Shown here one piece after another: positions 13,557-24,817 of a stretch of DNA of 64,000 bases. Position 1 is the stretch's first letter; each line of letters begins with the position of its first letter. Below the pieces are notes generated by a model that ran no database searches, was not told the origin of the DNA, and saw only the letters and a list, made by a program, of their open reading frames with translations. Both the position numbers and the translations under genes were made by a program. This DNA comes from Octopus sinensis (lineage: Eukaryota): positions 8,494,001-8,558,000 of the forward strand of contig NC_043007.1 of NCBI RefSeq assembly GCF_006345805.1, written 5' to 3'.

Positions 13557-14779
13557 GATAACAATACAACAATAGCAATAATAATGATAATAATAATAAT
13601 AATAATAATAATATAATAATACTAATGATAATAAAGGCCGACACCAGTGCCCCCTGGCCACTTATTGTTTGCGTGCAATCATAATTTCCGGATGAGTGAA
13701 ATATTTCTATAGAGCTCTCACTGCAATTTGTTTGTCTCTTTCCTCAAGCTCAGGTTTAAGTTTCTCGGCGGCCATAATACACGAAATACTCCCTTGTGTT
13801 AGGCAAGAAGTCGCACCACTGGACAGACATTGCTTATTTTCAATGAATGCCATACAATATTTGAATGTCTAAGGATTCATTTGAAGATAACTAAATTTAC
13901 ACACAACTGATCGTTCCTCCTCCCCTATTTCATTAGAGAGCGGGTGGATGGTTTAGTAGGATATTTCCATTTGGTTAAATGCAGTTGTGTAGGTAAGGCT
14001 TCTATCAGTAGGCTTAATGTTGCTGGAGGTGTCAGCTATTACAGTTAAATTGTCTCATTTTACTTGTAGATTTGACAAAGTAGTTTATTTTAATCAAGAA
14101 TCTAAGCTATACATAAGCTACATTGAAGTTTGCATTTTCGCTTTTTATCGCTATTCAGTCGTAGGAAAAGGTGGAAACAGGAAACTCTTGGCAGAAACAG
14201 AAGTAAGTCACACTTCCAATAAATCTCTAAATCTTTGTAAAGCGGACCAAATACGGTTTATCTTTGGACAAGCTAGTCTCTCGAAACTTTCAGAAACGCT
14301 AAAGTAACTTTTTGAATAATGGTAGATCTAATGCCAATCATTGGTTATGGTGTACCGAATTCTTGCAATGAAAAAGCAGAGCTGCTTGTCAGTTGTTTTC
14401 TAATAATTTTATCTGACAACTAAAACCTTCAGTCAGTTCTAGTGGCCTTCAAACTCCGTAGTAAAATCAAATTACGTAGTAAAATTAAATGTTTTGAGAC
14501 GTTTAATTCGATTGGCTACAACACAGATGCGATAAGGAGATCTAATTGTCATTTCTTGAAGTTCAAGTTGTCATGTAAAGACTTCCATATGTTCCGTTTA
14601 CATTTTAGAAGGTTGTGAATTTCTGAGTGAATGAAAGACATGAAAACCAACCGATATATCGGTGGTTAGTATCTTGTAATTTCGCTAAGTTAATGCCCCC
14701 AATTAGCAAATGGAAAATCATAAAATTTATTATTGTGTTGATTATTGCATTAATAATTCTTCAACTTACAACCAGCTAA

Positions 14780-14940
14780 TACCTAATGCCTAATTGTTGT
14801 TCTGTTCGGAATAATTGCCTTTCAAAATCTCCAGTGACTGTTAAATCCAATATCCATCCGAAGAGTATTACCTACATCGGCATAACCGTTAAGCCTTTTA
14901 AACGTGTATTCATGACAAAAAAACACTGAACTCTCTCATG
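14780..14940 (+). mobile_element. Possible Penelope GIY-YIG endonuclease remnant
   Basis: NNCL...TYIGITVKPFKR...TELS-like fragments. Confidence 0.35.
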
Positions 14941-15273
14941 ATCCAATCTACCTAGTTATAATCTAAATTATCTCTAACATAGGCGCAAGGCTTGGAATTT
15001 TACATGAAAGTGTTAGCCGATATCGTCGACCGCCACTTCTTGACTGATATATTATTTTGTCGACCCCAGGGAGGTGAAAGGCGAAGTTGATCCTGGTGAA
15101 AATTGAATTCAGAACGTAAAGAACTCGAACAAATACCAACAAGGCAGTTTTTCCGAAGCTCTGACGACCCTGCCAATCCACCGTCCTTACCAGGTAAGGC
15201 TATAACTAGGTACTGCACAGATAAGGCTACTGTAAACAAGGTCGGCATTGTAAAACATGACCAATTTTTTTAG

Positions 15274-15627
15274 TGGTGAGGAGCTTGCTTACCAACCACA
15301 TGGTTCCAGGTTCAGTCCCACTGCTTGCTACCTTGGACAAATGTCTCCACTATACCTTGGGCCGACCAAACTGTGAGTGGATTTGGTAGAGGGAAAGTGA
15401 AAGAAGCCCGTCGTGTGTATGGGTATGTATATATGCCTATGTGTGTGTGTGTCTTTGTGCCTGCGTTTCTCCACCGACATTGCTTGAAAACCGGTGTTAG
15501 TGTGTTTACATCCGCGTAACTTAGCGGTTCGACAAAAAGGAAACTGATAGACTATGTACCAGGCTTAAAAGGCGTAAAAGATACACAAGAGATGTATTTT
15601 CCTTTTTTACTTAGACTATACATACAT

Positions 15628-15683
<56 letters not shown>

Positions 15684-15881
15684 TGTGCATATATATATTC
15701 TTTTACTTGTTTCAGTCATTTGACTGCGGCCATGCTGGAGCACGTCCTTTAGTCGAGCAAATCAGCCCTAGGACTTATTCTTTGTATGCCTAGTACTTAT
15801 TCTATCGGGATTTTTTGCCGAACCGCTAAGTTACGGGGACATAAACACGCCAGCATCGGTTGTCAAGCGATGGAGTAGGGA

Positions 15882-15922
<41 letters not shown>

Positions 15923-16123
15923 ACACACACACACAAACACACATATATATATATATATGTACGACGGGCTTCTTTCAGTTTCCATCTACCATATCCACTC
16001 ACAAGGCTTTGGTCGGCCCGAGGCTATAGTAGAAGACACTCGCCCAAGGTGCCACGCAGTAGGACTGATCCCGGAATCATATGGTTAGTTAGCAAGATAC
16101 TTACCACACAGCCACTCCTGCGC
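15274..16123. mobile_element. Two SINE family A copies tail-to-tail (15274-15570 plus, 15698-16123 minus)
   Basis: Complementary heads and bodies separated by (TA)/(TG) tracts. Confidence 0.8.
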
Positions 16124-16147
16124 CTATATATACATATACATGTATAT

Positions 16148-17636
16148 AATAATGGAAGTCTGTCGGGGTTCGACAATGACGTCAGTGAAGCCGGAAGTGG
16201 GAGCGTAACCCAAAAGTGGACGCGCAGATGCGGCACATGTTGGGCACGTAACAGCAAGTAAGGTTGGGAATCCTTTCTTTTCGGGTTTGTCGCTTCTGGT
16301 CCAGGCACTTGAGGCGCTTTTGCTCAAACAGCCTATCACCCTTTTGGACAGCTGATGCCAGGCACCGCGGTCAGAGGTTAGTGATTCCCAGCCACGGGCT
16401 GAAATGCCGCAGGCCTCAAGGGAAGTTTTCATTCTGTCCTTGTATCGCCTCAGTAGCCTTCCAGGGTTTCTTGTTCCAGAAGCCAGCTCAGAGAAGAAGA
16501 TCATCTTTGGTAGACGCGCGTCGTCCATTCGGACCTCATGTCCGACTCACCGGAGCTGGGCCTTCATGATGAGGGCTTCGATCCCTGGAATTTCGGCTCT
16601 GCGAAGCACCTCAGTGTTGGAGACTCTGTCCTCCCAGGAAACTCCCATGATTCGTCGTAAGCAGCGGAGGTGGAACTGGTCAAGTACTCGTGTCCACATC
16701 CTATACAGTGTCCACATCCCACAGCCGTAGAGCAGAGAGGGGATGATGACTGCCCTATAGACTGCCAGCTTGGTGGAAATTCTGATGCCTCGTTCGGCCC
16801 ACACACATGTCCAAAGTCTACCAAACGAAGCTCCTGCTTTTGCAAGCCTCATGGAGACCTCTTTGTCCATGCTGCAGTTTGATGAGAGGCAGCTTCCCAG
16901 GTATGTAAAGCTCTCCACGTTGTTCAGAGTTGTGCCCTCAATCACGATCTGAGGCTCAGGAGGTGTTAGGCCAGGTGCATCACTTCAGTTTTTCGCAGGC
17001 TAATGGTCAGTCCGAAGGCTTTTGCTGCTTCTGCGACACAAGTGGCAAGTTCTTGCAGGTCTGGTTCATTCAATGCTGCAAGCTCACAATCGTCTGTAAA
17101 CAGGAAGTCTCTCACTACGGCGTCCAGGACTTTGGTTTTTGCCATCAGACGTTTGAGGTCAAAGAATCGACCGTCACATCTGTAGCCAATAGTGACACCA
17201 GCATCAGACTTTGATAGGGCACGGAAGGGCATGGTGGCAAACATGAGGCTGAAGATCGTGGGAGCCACCACGCAGCCTTGCTTCACGCCATTGGAAACCG
17301 GGAATGGATCAGAGACATCTCCGTTTTCCACGATGCGAGCCATCATGTCATCATCACCATCATGACTGGATGATCCTGACGAGCTTTGGTGGGCAGCCCA
17401 GCTTGGACAAGATATCGCACAAGCCCTCTCGGCTGACAGTGTCAAAAGCCTTCGTCAGGTCCACGAAGAGGATGTAGAGGTTCTGGTTTTGTTCTCGGCA
17501 CTTCTCTTGTATCTGCCGTACTGCAATGACCATGTCTATTGTCCCCCTGTTATTCCTAAAATCACACTGGCTCTCTGAGACCACGTCGTCCAGCAGGTGG
17601 TGCGTGATGCAGTTCAGAAAAACACGGGCCATGATC
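16148..17636 (-). mobile_element. 5'-truncated RTE-clade (BovB-like) LINE; frameshifted RT and C-terminal zinc finger
   Basis: ESQCDFR..RGTIDM, FVDLTKAFDTV, GVKQGCV, FLFTDDC, FTYLGS, LLYGC, CPTC..RICASTFGLRSHFRLH*, then a short 3'UTR and (ATT) tail. Confidence 0.93.
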
Positions 17637-17944
17637 TGAATGTGAATGTTGAATTTGACCTCTGCTTATCATGAACTTTTGGACGTACTTGTGTGAGGGG
17701 AGAAAAAGACTTTTTTCAAGATGTATCCGAATTTAATGTTTGTTCTATAACCAATGCTTCTTTATCTTCGTCCCATTTATATTTGGGCACGTCTTTTGCA
17801 GTCCTATAAACCCTTTTTTTCCTATAAAAAGGGACAAATATTATTTCTAGTTGCATATATATATTATTTCTAGTTGTATATATATATATATATATATAGA
17901 AAGAGAGAGAGAGAGAGAGAGATGTACAATATACGTAAATATAT

Positions 17945-18212
17945 ATCCTCCCGAAGAACCTAAGGGACCTGCATGGGGTGGATGCAGATGTCTTTAAAAT
18001 GAAACTGGATCTCTTCTTGTCAGGTATCCCAGATGAACAAACTTCACGGCAGGAGGTGCAGATGAGGGCAGCTGCATCGAACTCTCTCATGCACCAAATG
18101 GCAGTTGCTAAAAAGCATTCGTGAAGTAAAACCATGTAGCAACACCAAATGGCGGTGCCCCAGAATGGCCACAGCTCATGAGCTGAAACTAGAATCAATC
18201 AATCAATCAATC
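17945..18212 (+). mobile_element. CR1-like LINE 3' end
   Basis: LPKNLRDLHGVDADVFKMKLDLFLSGIPDE...AASNSL, 3'UTR GGCGGTGCCCCAG.ATGGCCACAGC and (AATC)n tail. Confidence 0.8.
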
Positions 18213-18476
18213 ATATATATATACTAATCAGGAGCAAATATTCAGGAGTGACTATTTGTATAGATATTAATATTGCTATTATTATCAATGGCAATATAAA
18301 TAGTTGATAAAACAGAAACATTATATAGGTGGTTGTAGGCCTAAAATAGCATTATATAGCTATAAATTAAAATTATATCAATCATAAGGACGCACGAATT
18401 CATCTACCTGCTAAAGATAGAGGTAAAACCCTTATTCAAACCACCCAAAATAAAACTGAAAATAACAGAATCAACA

Positions 18477-18532
<56 letters not shown>

Positions 18533-19737
18533 ATATATATATATATATATATATATTATCTCTATATTATATATATATATATAAATATATAAATATAAAT
18601 GTATATATATGTAATATAAATTCCAAAACGAATTTGTGTGTCAGTGTGTCACACCATGACCCCCCCTCTCTCATTATTCAATGACACTTCTACTATTCCT
18701 CTTGCTGGGGTGAGATTAATAATAGTCTTAGAGACAGTGAGGGCGGTAGTAGATTGACAGTTGAGATGGTAATGCGGTGATAGTAATAGTATGAGCTATA
18801 GTTGTGATAAAGGCGGAGGCGACGGTGATGATGATGGCGGTGGTGGTGGTGGTAGCTGAGGCAGTCAAGATTGACGGAGAGAGTAAGGGATGTGAAAGAC
18901 AGTGGTGGTGGAAGGGAGAGCGGCGAAGTCAAGGTGTTGGTGGTGGTGTCAAAGTCTGAATGATGTGCATATGGCAGTTGTGGTGGCGATGGTGGTTGTA
19001 CCACTGATGGTGATGGTTGAAAACAATCAACAGAGAGAGGGAGAGAGAGAGAGAGAGAGAGAGGGAAGAAAGAGAGAAAGAAAGAGGTTAGACAGGAAAT
19101 AAATTGTACTGACCCTCCAAATGGAAAGACAAAAAATGTTGTTTACCATGAAGCTTTGCAATAAGTCCCAAGTCGACAAATTATGTCATTGTTTTGAAGA
19201 AAATTGTTCATTCCTTGAAAAATATTGGTCGAGTTTAATGAAATTTAATCTGTACTCATTGCATGAAGTGTCATTGTTGGGTTCAAGGTTCACTGAAGAG
19301 TCCTCCACAGGAGCTAGCTTGAAGCCGCCCTATCGGGAGGCTTTGAAGCTAGCATATATATATATATATATATTTATTTTTTCGACAGTAAATAGGAAAC
19401 AGCATTTAAAAAAGAAACGGTTGAGAGTTTTATAAGTTATATATAAGTTGACTGTTTTATAACAGTATTCCCATGGTCCTTGGTGATCATTTTGGAAAGT
19501 GCACGCGAATAACACATCTTTTTCGTTATCATTTCATTCTGATGATGAGACCGAAAATGTCTTGAAATGTTAAAGGACTGGTATTAGATACGGAAATGCT
19601 ATTGTACCATAGTTAGCATACAGGACTAATAAGGAGATTATAAAGAGATCCTTAACAAAAAAGATTAAACTCATAGTCATCAGTGACACACACACACAAC
19701 ACAAAACAAACACAACTGACACACCACACACACACAC

Positions 19738-19792
<55 letters not shown>

Positions 19793-20214
19793 CACACACA
19801 CAATTGAGTATTAATTTCCATCAGCACTTCAAAGTACTTCAGTAAAGTACAGTGATGCTACCTTCTTCGTCCGTCCCAACGGGCAGCTTATAATTAGAAA
19901 GACATTCCCGCCAGAATTTCTCTATCAGAGCGTTCAAGTTCTGCGCAATTGGATTCGTATTCGTAACGCGAGTATATTGTCGCCTTAATTGCTGCGCTGT
20001 CTTACAATATGAGAATTGCTGTCATAATCAATCGTCCATTTCTTTTGGGAATTTTCGAAATTATGAATGTACTTTCTCTGAATATTTTGCCATTTCACTT
20101 TGTTTTATGGAGTTTTGTGTTGTGTGTTGGTTGCTGTGATTGTTCTTAATCTGTCTGTCTGTCTGTCTAACCCTATTATTCATGTTTATTATAATGAATT
20201 GCGGTGCCTTTTTG

Positions 20215-20314
20215 NNNNNNNNNNNNNNNNNNNNNNNNNNNNNNNNNNNNNNNNNNNNNNNNNNNNNNNNNNNNNNNNNNNNNNNNNNNNNNNNNNNNNN
20301 NNNNNNNNNNNNNN
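20215..20314. other. Assembly gap (100 N)
   Basis: Run of exactly 100 N. Confidence 0.99.
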
Positions 20315-20722
20315 TATACATATATACATACATATGTGTATATATACATATATACATACATATGTGTATATATACATATATACATACATATGTGTATATA
20401 TACATATATACATACATATGTGTATATATATACACATGTATATGTGTATATACATACACATGTATATGTATATATACATATGTATATATACATATGTATA
20501 TGTATATATACATACACATGTATATGTATATATACATACACATGTATATGTATATATACATACACATGTATATATACATACACATGTATATGTATATATA
20601 CATACACATGTATATATACATACACATGTATATGTATATATACATACACATGTATGTATATATATGAATATATACATTTATGTATGTATATATACATATA
20701 TATAAATGTATGTATATATATG
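20315..20722. repeat. Compound TA/CA/TG minisatellite next to the gap
   Basis: Tandem 16-24 bp units such as CATACACATGTATATGTATATATA. Confidence 0.95.
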
Positions 20723-20723
20723 T

Positions 20724-20905
20724 AAATGCCTGAGAGACTTACATGGTGTGGATGTGGGTTTCTTTAAAACTAAACTGGATCTCTTCTGGTCGGGAGTCCC
20801 GGATGAACCTACCTTACGACAGGAGACGCAGATGCGGGTAGCAGTGTCGAACTCCCTTGTTGATCAAGTGCCACGTATCAGAGGTGGATTCACATATTAG
20901 TGTAG
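20724..20905 (+). mobile_element. CR1-like LINE 3' fragment
   Basis: CLRDLHGVDVGFFKTKLDLFWSGVPDEP...VSNSL, paralogous to 17945-18212. Confidence 0.75.
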
Positions 20906-21249
20906 CTCAATATATATCCCTCCATTGTCACTTCTGCTTTTTAGCGTTGATATAATGAAGTACCAGGTTGATGATATCCAAACCATTTCTCAAATCAGCC
21001 AAACAACACTTTACCAGCTTTGTATAATCTTCTTTCCATCAATTGCTTAACCATGTTATTTCTGTAAACTCTGCCCCTTCCTCCAAGAGATAAAACTTCC
21101 ACATTTTCCTGTCTTCTTTGCATCCATCACCGCATGTATGAAATTTCATCCAGAACCAAATATCTTTCCACCTCACAATAAGTTCACATCTATGTATACA
21201 TACTCAGTGTGAAAGCATCTGCTGGCCTTTCACAGCACCAACGCTGGCA

Positions 21250-21930
21250 ATGTCTCTTCGACTGCCATCAAAATTCTGCAATCTTTCTTTCTAGTTATAC
21301 ATTTTGATCTTTGGAAATGTACCTCCCTGAATATTGTCCTTTCACAATATAACACTTATTAACATCCTATCACACTGGCTTCCAGTATCTCAAAGCTGTT
21401 GAAAACTCATTAATCAACTTGTCCAATTACATTAAACCTTCCTTTAAAAGACCAAAATCTACTGCAGATGTACTCTCATGAGCCTTAATTCTTGAGAAAT
21501 TTTATTAAAAAAACCCCCACTGTTGTTGCATTTGGCATTGCAAGTATTTGATTCTGTCTGGCATTGCTGAATTTGTAAAGCTGGCAACTTCTGAATCTTG
21601 TCAGTTTCTTGTAAAGGTATGTACTGAAGGAACTCTCTCTGAGCCATTCTATTAATTCTGGTGTGCCACATGGTTCCATTTCTCGTCCTCTCATACATCA
21701 ACAAGCTATATGCTCTTACTTCCAACAATATCCACTCCTCTTCATATATTACCACTTCTCACTTGAATTCAGCCACTCCTGAATCACTTGCTTCAGCCAT
21801 TCATCATCTATATTGCAACTAAACCTAACCACTACACCTAGTCTTTTGTCCTAGCCCCTTTGGAATTATTCCCGTCTCCTCTTTGCTGAATTTATCAACT
21901 TGCAAAGTATTCAAAGAGCATTCTCAATGG
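21250..21930 (+). mobile_element. Ancient CR1/L2-type LINE reverse transcriptase remnant
   Basis: PITLASSISKLL, FDSVWH and INSGVPHGSI motifs in order. Confidence 0.6.
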
Positions 21931-22055
21931 TCTCAGAGTACCTGTGAAGACTACAGACACTGCTGCTGCCTCAAGACAAAAACCAATCAAAAATACTTTT
22001 AAAAACAAGTCAAATTGATTTGTTTCTTTTTTAAAAAAAATTTCTTTTTCATTCT

Positions 22056-22061
22056 TTTATT
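22056..22061 (-). terminator. Candidate PSME4 polyadenylation signal AATAAA
   Basis: AATAAA with an upstream TGTA and a downstream U/GU-rich tract, where unique AT-rich sequence gives way to LINE debris. Other AATAAA hexamers exist in 22000-24600. Confidence 0.4.
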
Positions 22062-24136
22062 CACAAGTTATTACATTCCTTAAGAGAGATTCTCTTCCTG
22101 AGTAAAGAACCCAAATTCAGTTTCTTTTTCAGAGTCCAAAGATATTTTAGTTTCAACATTCCTGTTATTTTAGTGAAAACCATTAACAACTAAGATCAAT
22201 GGGAAACCCTTCCAATACCTCAACACTGGGGTGGTTTGTGTGGTATGCCATGAAGGTACTCATCTTAGAAGAACCAAAAGGAAGATATCATAAATAGTTT
22301 GTTAGTAACAAAGCAAAAATACAGAGAAAATCAGACGACATAAGCTGACCTGTAGCAATAAATCTAGGTTTTGTAGTTTTCTAGTTTCTTTTAAACGAAC
22401 ATAATTTAGCTTATATCACTCGTCTTCTTGGACAAACAAGATTTATCCAACAATGGTGCAGTTCTTGCTCCATAGAAGTTATAAAAAACAAAAATACAGA
22501 ACTGACTTCAAAAATGAAAGCCATTGTGAAAACTTAATTTTTCATTGATTTCTTCAGTAAAACTTCTTGATTCATGTTTAAAGATTAATTGCAAATTCAG
22601 AGCTTTGAATAACGAGTGTGAAACAATATTTTAAACAAGGGGGAAGGGATGGGGGGTAATTTAATCAGGTTTTATTTTAAAGCTTTTATTTTAATTTTAT
22701 TTTCAAAAATGACTAAACTTTTACATAACGAATTAAAATTCTGCCTTAAATTAGAAATATATCTAAACACCGTAGTGATGTGGTTATCACATTTGCTGGA
22801 CATGCGGAGAAGGAACTTGCCGGAACTTAATTTTGTTGTATTCCCTTTTCATATTAAGGTGCAACAGCCATGATATAAACATCCTTATACATGGAAACAG
22901 TAACAATAGATAATAGAAAAAAATATGGAGATAATAAAAAAAAAAGGTTTAAAACTAGAATTAGAAACAGGAATATAGAACCTAAAATATCTCTGCTTAT
23001 ATTTCAGATGTTGAAAGGAAGAAAAAAAAAAAATTTCTTTTCATTTTAAATAACTTTTTTTTCCCCTCCTTCACCTGAAGATGTCTGATAATTTATAAAA
23101 TAGTTGTGTTAAATTAAAAAATAATTATTGATATAAAACAAAAAGAAAAAAATCAAATATTTTAACTTATAGTGTAAAATAAATAAAATTACATTCTTTT
23201 TTCCACCATTCAGGGACCAAGTGACATGTGGAGATTTTTTAAAATATTTACAGGTGGGTGGGATCAGGACAGCACAAATAGGATTAAATTGGGTTAATTA
23301 AAACTGATTAACCTGAGATGATGTAATAACAGTAAAAATAAGGTTGGGTTTGCCCTTAACAATAAGGACTTGAGGAGATTTCTAATAGAATCGAGATGAA
23401 AGACATGTAAGCAGTCTGTCACAACTGCTTTAAAAGATCGCAAGTGAGAGCAAAGTGAAGCAGAGAAGGGATCTCACTTAAGTAGTTAGAGAAGAGAGGA
23501 AAATGCCATACAAAGTCCTAGACTGAGAAAATAAATCGAAATTTATTTTTGTTTATGGCAGGAATTACGTCTTGAATAGCAATTAGGGGCTAAAAAAAAA
23601 AAAAATTGAAGCCATGTTCATGCATTTGTTGTTCACGGTGTGTGTGTGTGTGTGTCTATATTATATATAACATGTTTCTCCCAAATTTTGTAATTTGTTG
23701 TATTTTCTAAGTGTTTATAGACTTTTTTCAAAGTAATTTTAAAATCAAGATCTAAATTGTATATTTAATAAATTTAAAAGTATATATTATATACATATAC
23801 ACCCGAAAAAAGAAAAAAAAAACTTCTCCAATTTCCAAGGACTTAGGGATTTCACTAAACAATTGGAGCCAGATGGAAAAAAAAAAACATTTTCTCTTAA
23901 TCTGAAAAATGAAAAGAAAGAAAAAATGTAGCTTTTCTCATTATCCTTAATGAATAAACGACTAAGACAAACAAGCAAACACACAACATATATACTAGAT
24001 GCACATAAACCTCACAAGTCACTTCTTCATTTACCTAAACAAGCCATTTATTCACTGACAGTGCTCCACAACCAATGAGAAATTTGTTGGAGCTATGATT
24101 GTCTAAAATTCATAACTGTTAAAATGTGTCTCTTCA

Positions 24137-24540
24137 TTAACTCTAACATTTAAACCAGCCAAGCTAGGCCCAAGTATTCTACTTGCTTTGAGATTCAACT
24201 GGCCAGGTCTGGCCTCACACACACACACACAGCAAGCTGACTTACTATGTTGTCAGAGAATGGCTATTTGAATTTCTTGATCATGCCTCACAACCTCAAA
24301 GTTAATAGAATTGCTGCAAACTTCCAAATGGCTATAACTTTTTCAGTTTTTTTTTTTTTGTCTTTTTGCAATTATGTCAGTTTCTTGTTTTTTGACTTCC
24401 GGTGTTTTATTAGAGGAGGGCAGCACACCCTACAATGCCATTTCAAGAACAAACGATCTCATCATCAAAAGCAGGACCGATCCAAAACAAGGTGAATAAA
24501 TATTAGATTTGATTAAGCAATCTGAATGCTAAAGGCTTAA
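24137..24540. mobile_element. TTAA-flanked piggyBac-type MITE with internal insertion
   Basis: TTAA..TAACATT / AATGCTAAAGGCTTAA ends; homologous to 53494-53711. Confidence 0.55.
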
Positions 24541-24682
24541 GTGAGTTAATGAAATGTACAGCTTAACTAAACAACAAAGAAAATCTACATTGATAGATAT
24601 TAAAATCATGTTGAAGGTTTGATAAAGAGGAAAAGAAAAAAAAAAACAGTATTTACCATTGTCATTATTTAATGGCACTGTT

Positions 24683-24817
24683 TCAAGCATAGTAATTTGG
24701 TGAAACTAATAAGTCTGTGAGGACAAGTAACTGATCATCAGTAAATTTCTGTTTATGGTCATGCCAGTTGTCATGATGTGTACGCCGGAAGTTGGACAAA
24801 GCTTTCTTTACAGTCAG
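24683..24817 (-). CDS. PSME4: PSME4 last coding exon ([18 protein letters not shown]...[12 protein letters not shown])
   Basis: 135 nt, TAG acceptor, TGA stop at 24683-24685; C-terminal YYA HbYX motif. Missed by the ORF track. Confidence 0.96.
   Translation of the reverse strand: MTVKKALSNFRRTHHDNWHDHKQKFTDDQLLVLTDLLVSPNYYA

Noticed and set aside
16148-17636. Active or domesticated reverse transcriptase
   Set aside because: 5'-truncated, multiple frameshifts, and the catalytic motif reads FTDD; an ordinary dead copy
18693-19102. His/Pro-rich ORF
   Set aside because: Decayed (GGT/GAT)n low-complexity sequence with no splice or homology support
20061-20725. Long ORFs in all six frames
   Set aside because: Artefact of stop-free TA/CA minisatellite plus the N gap
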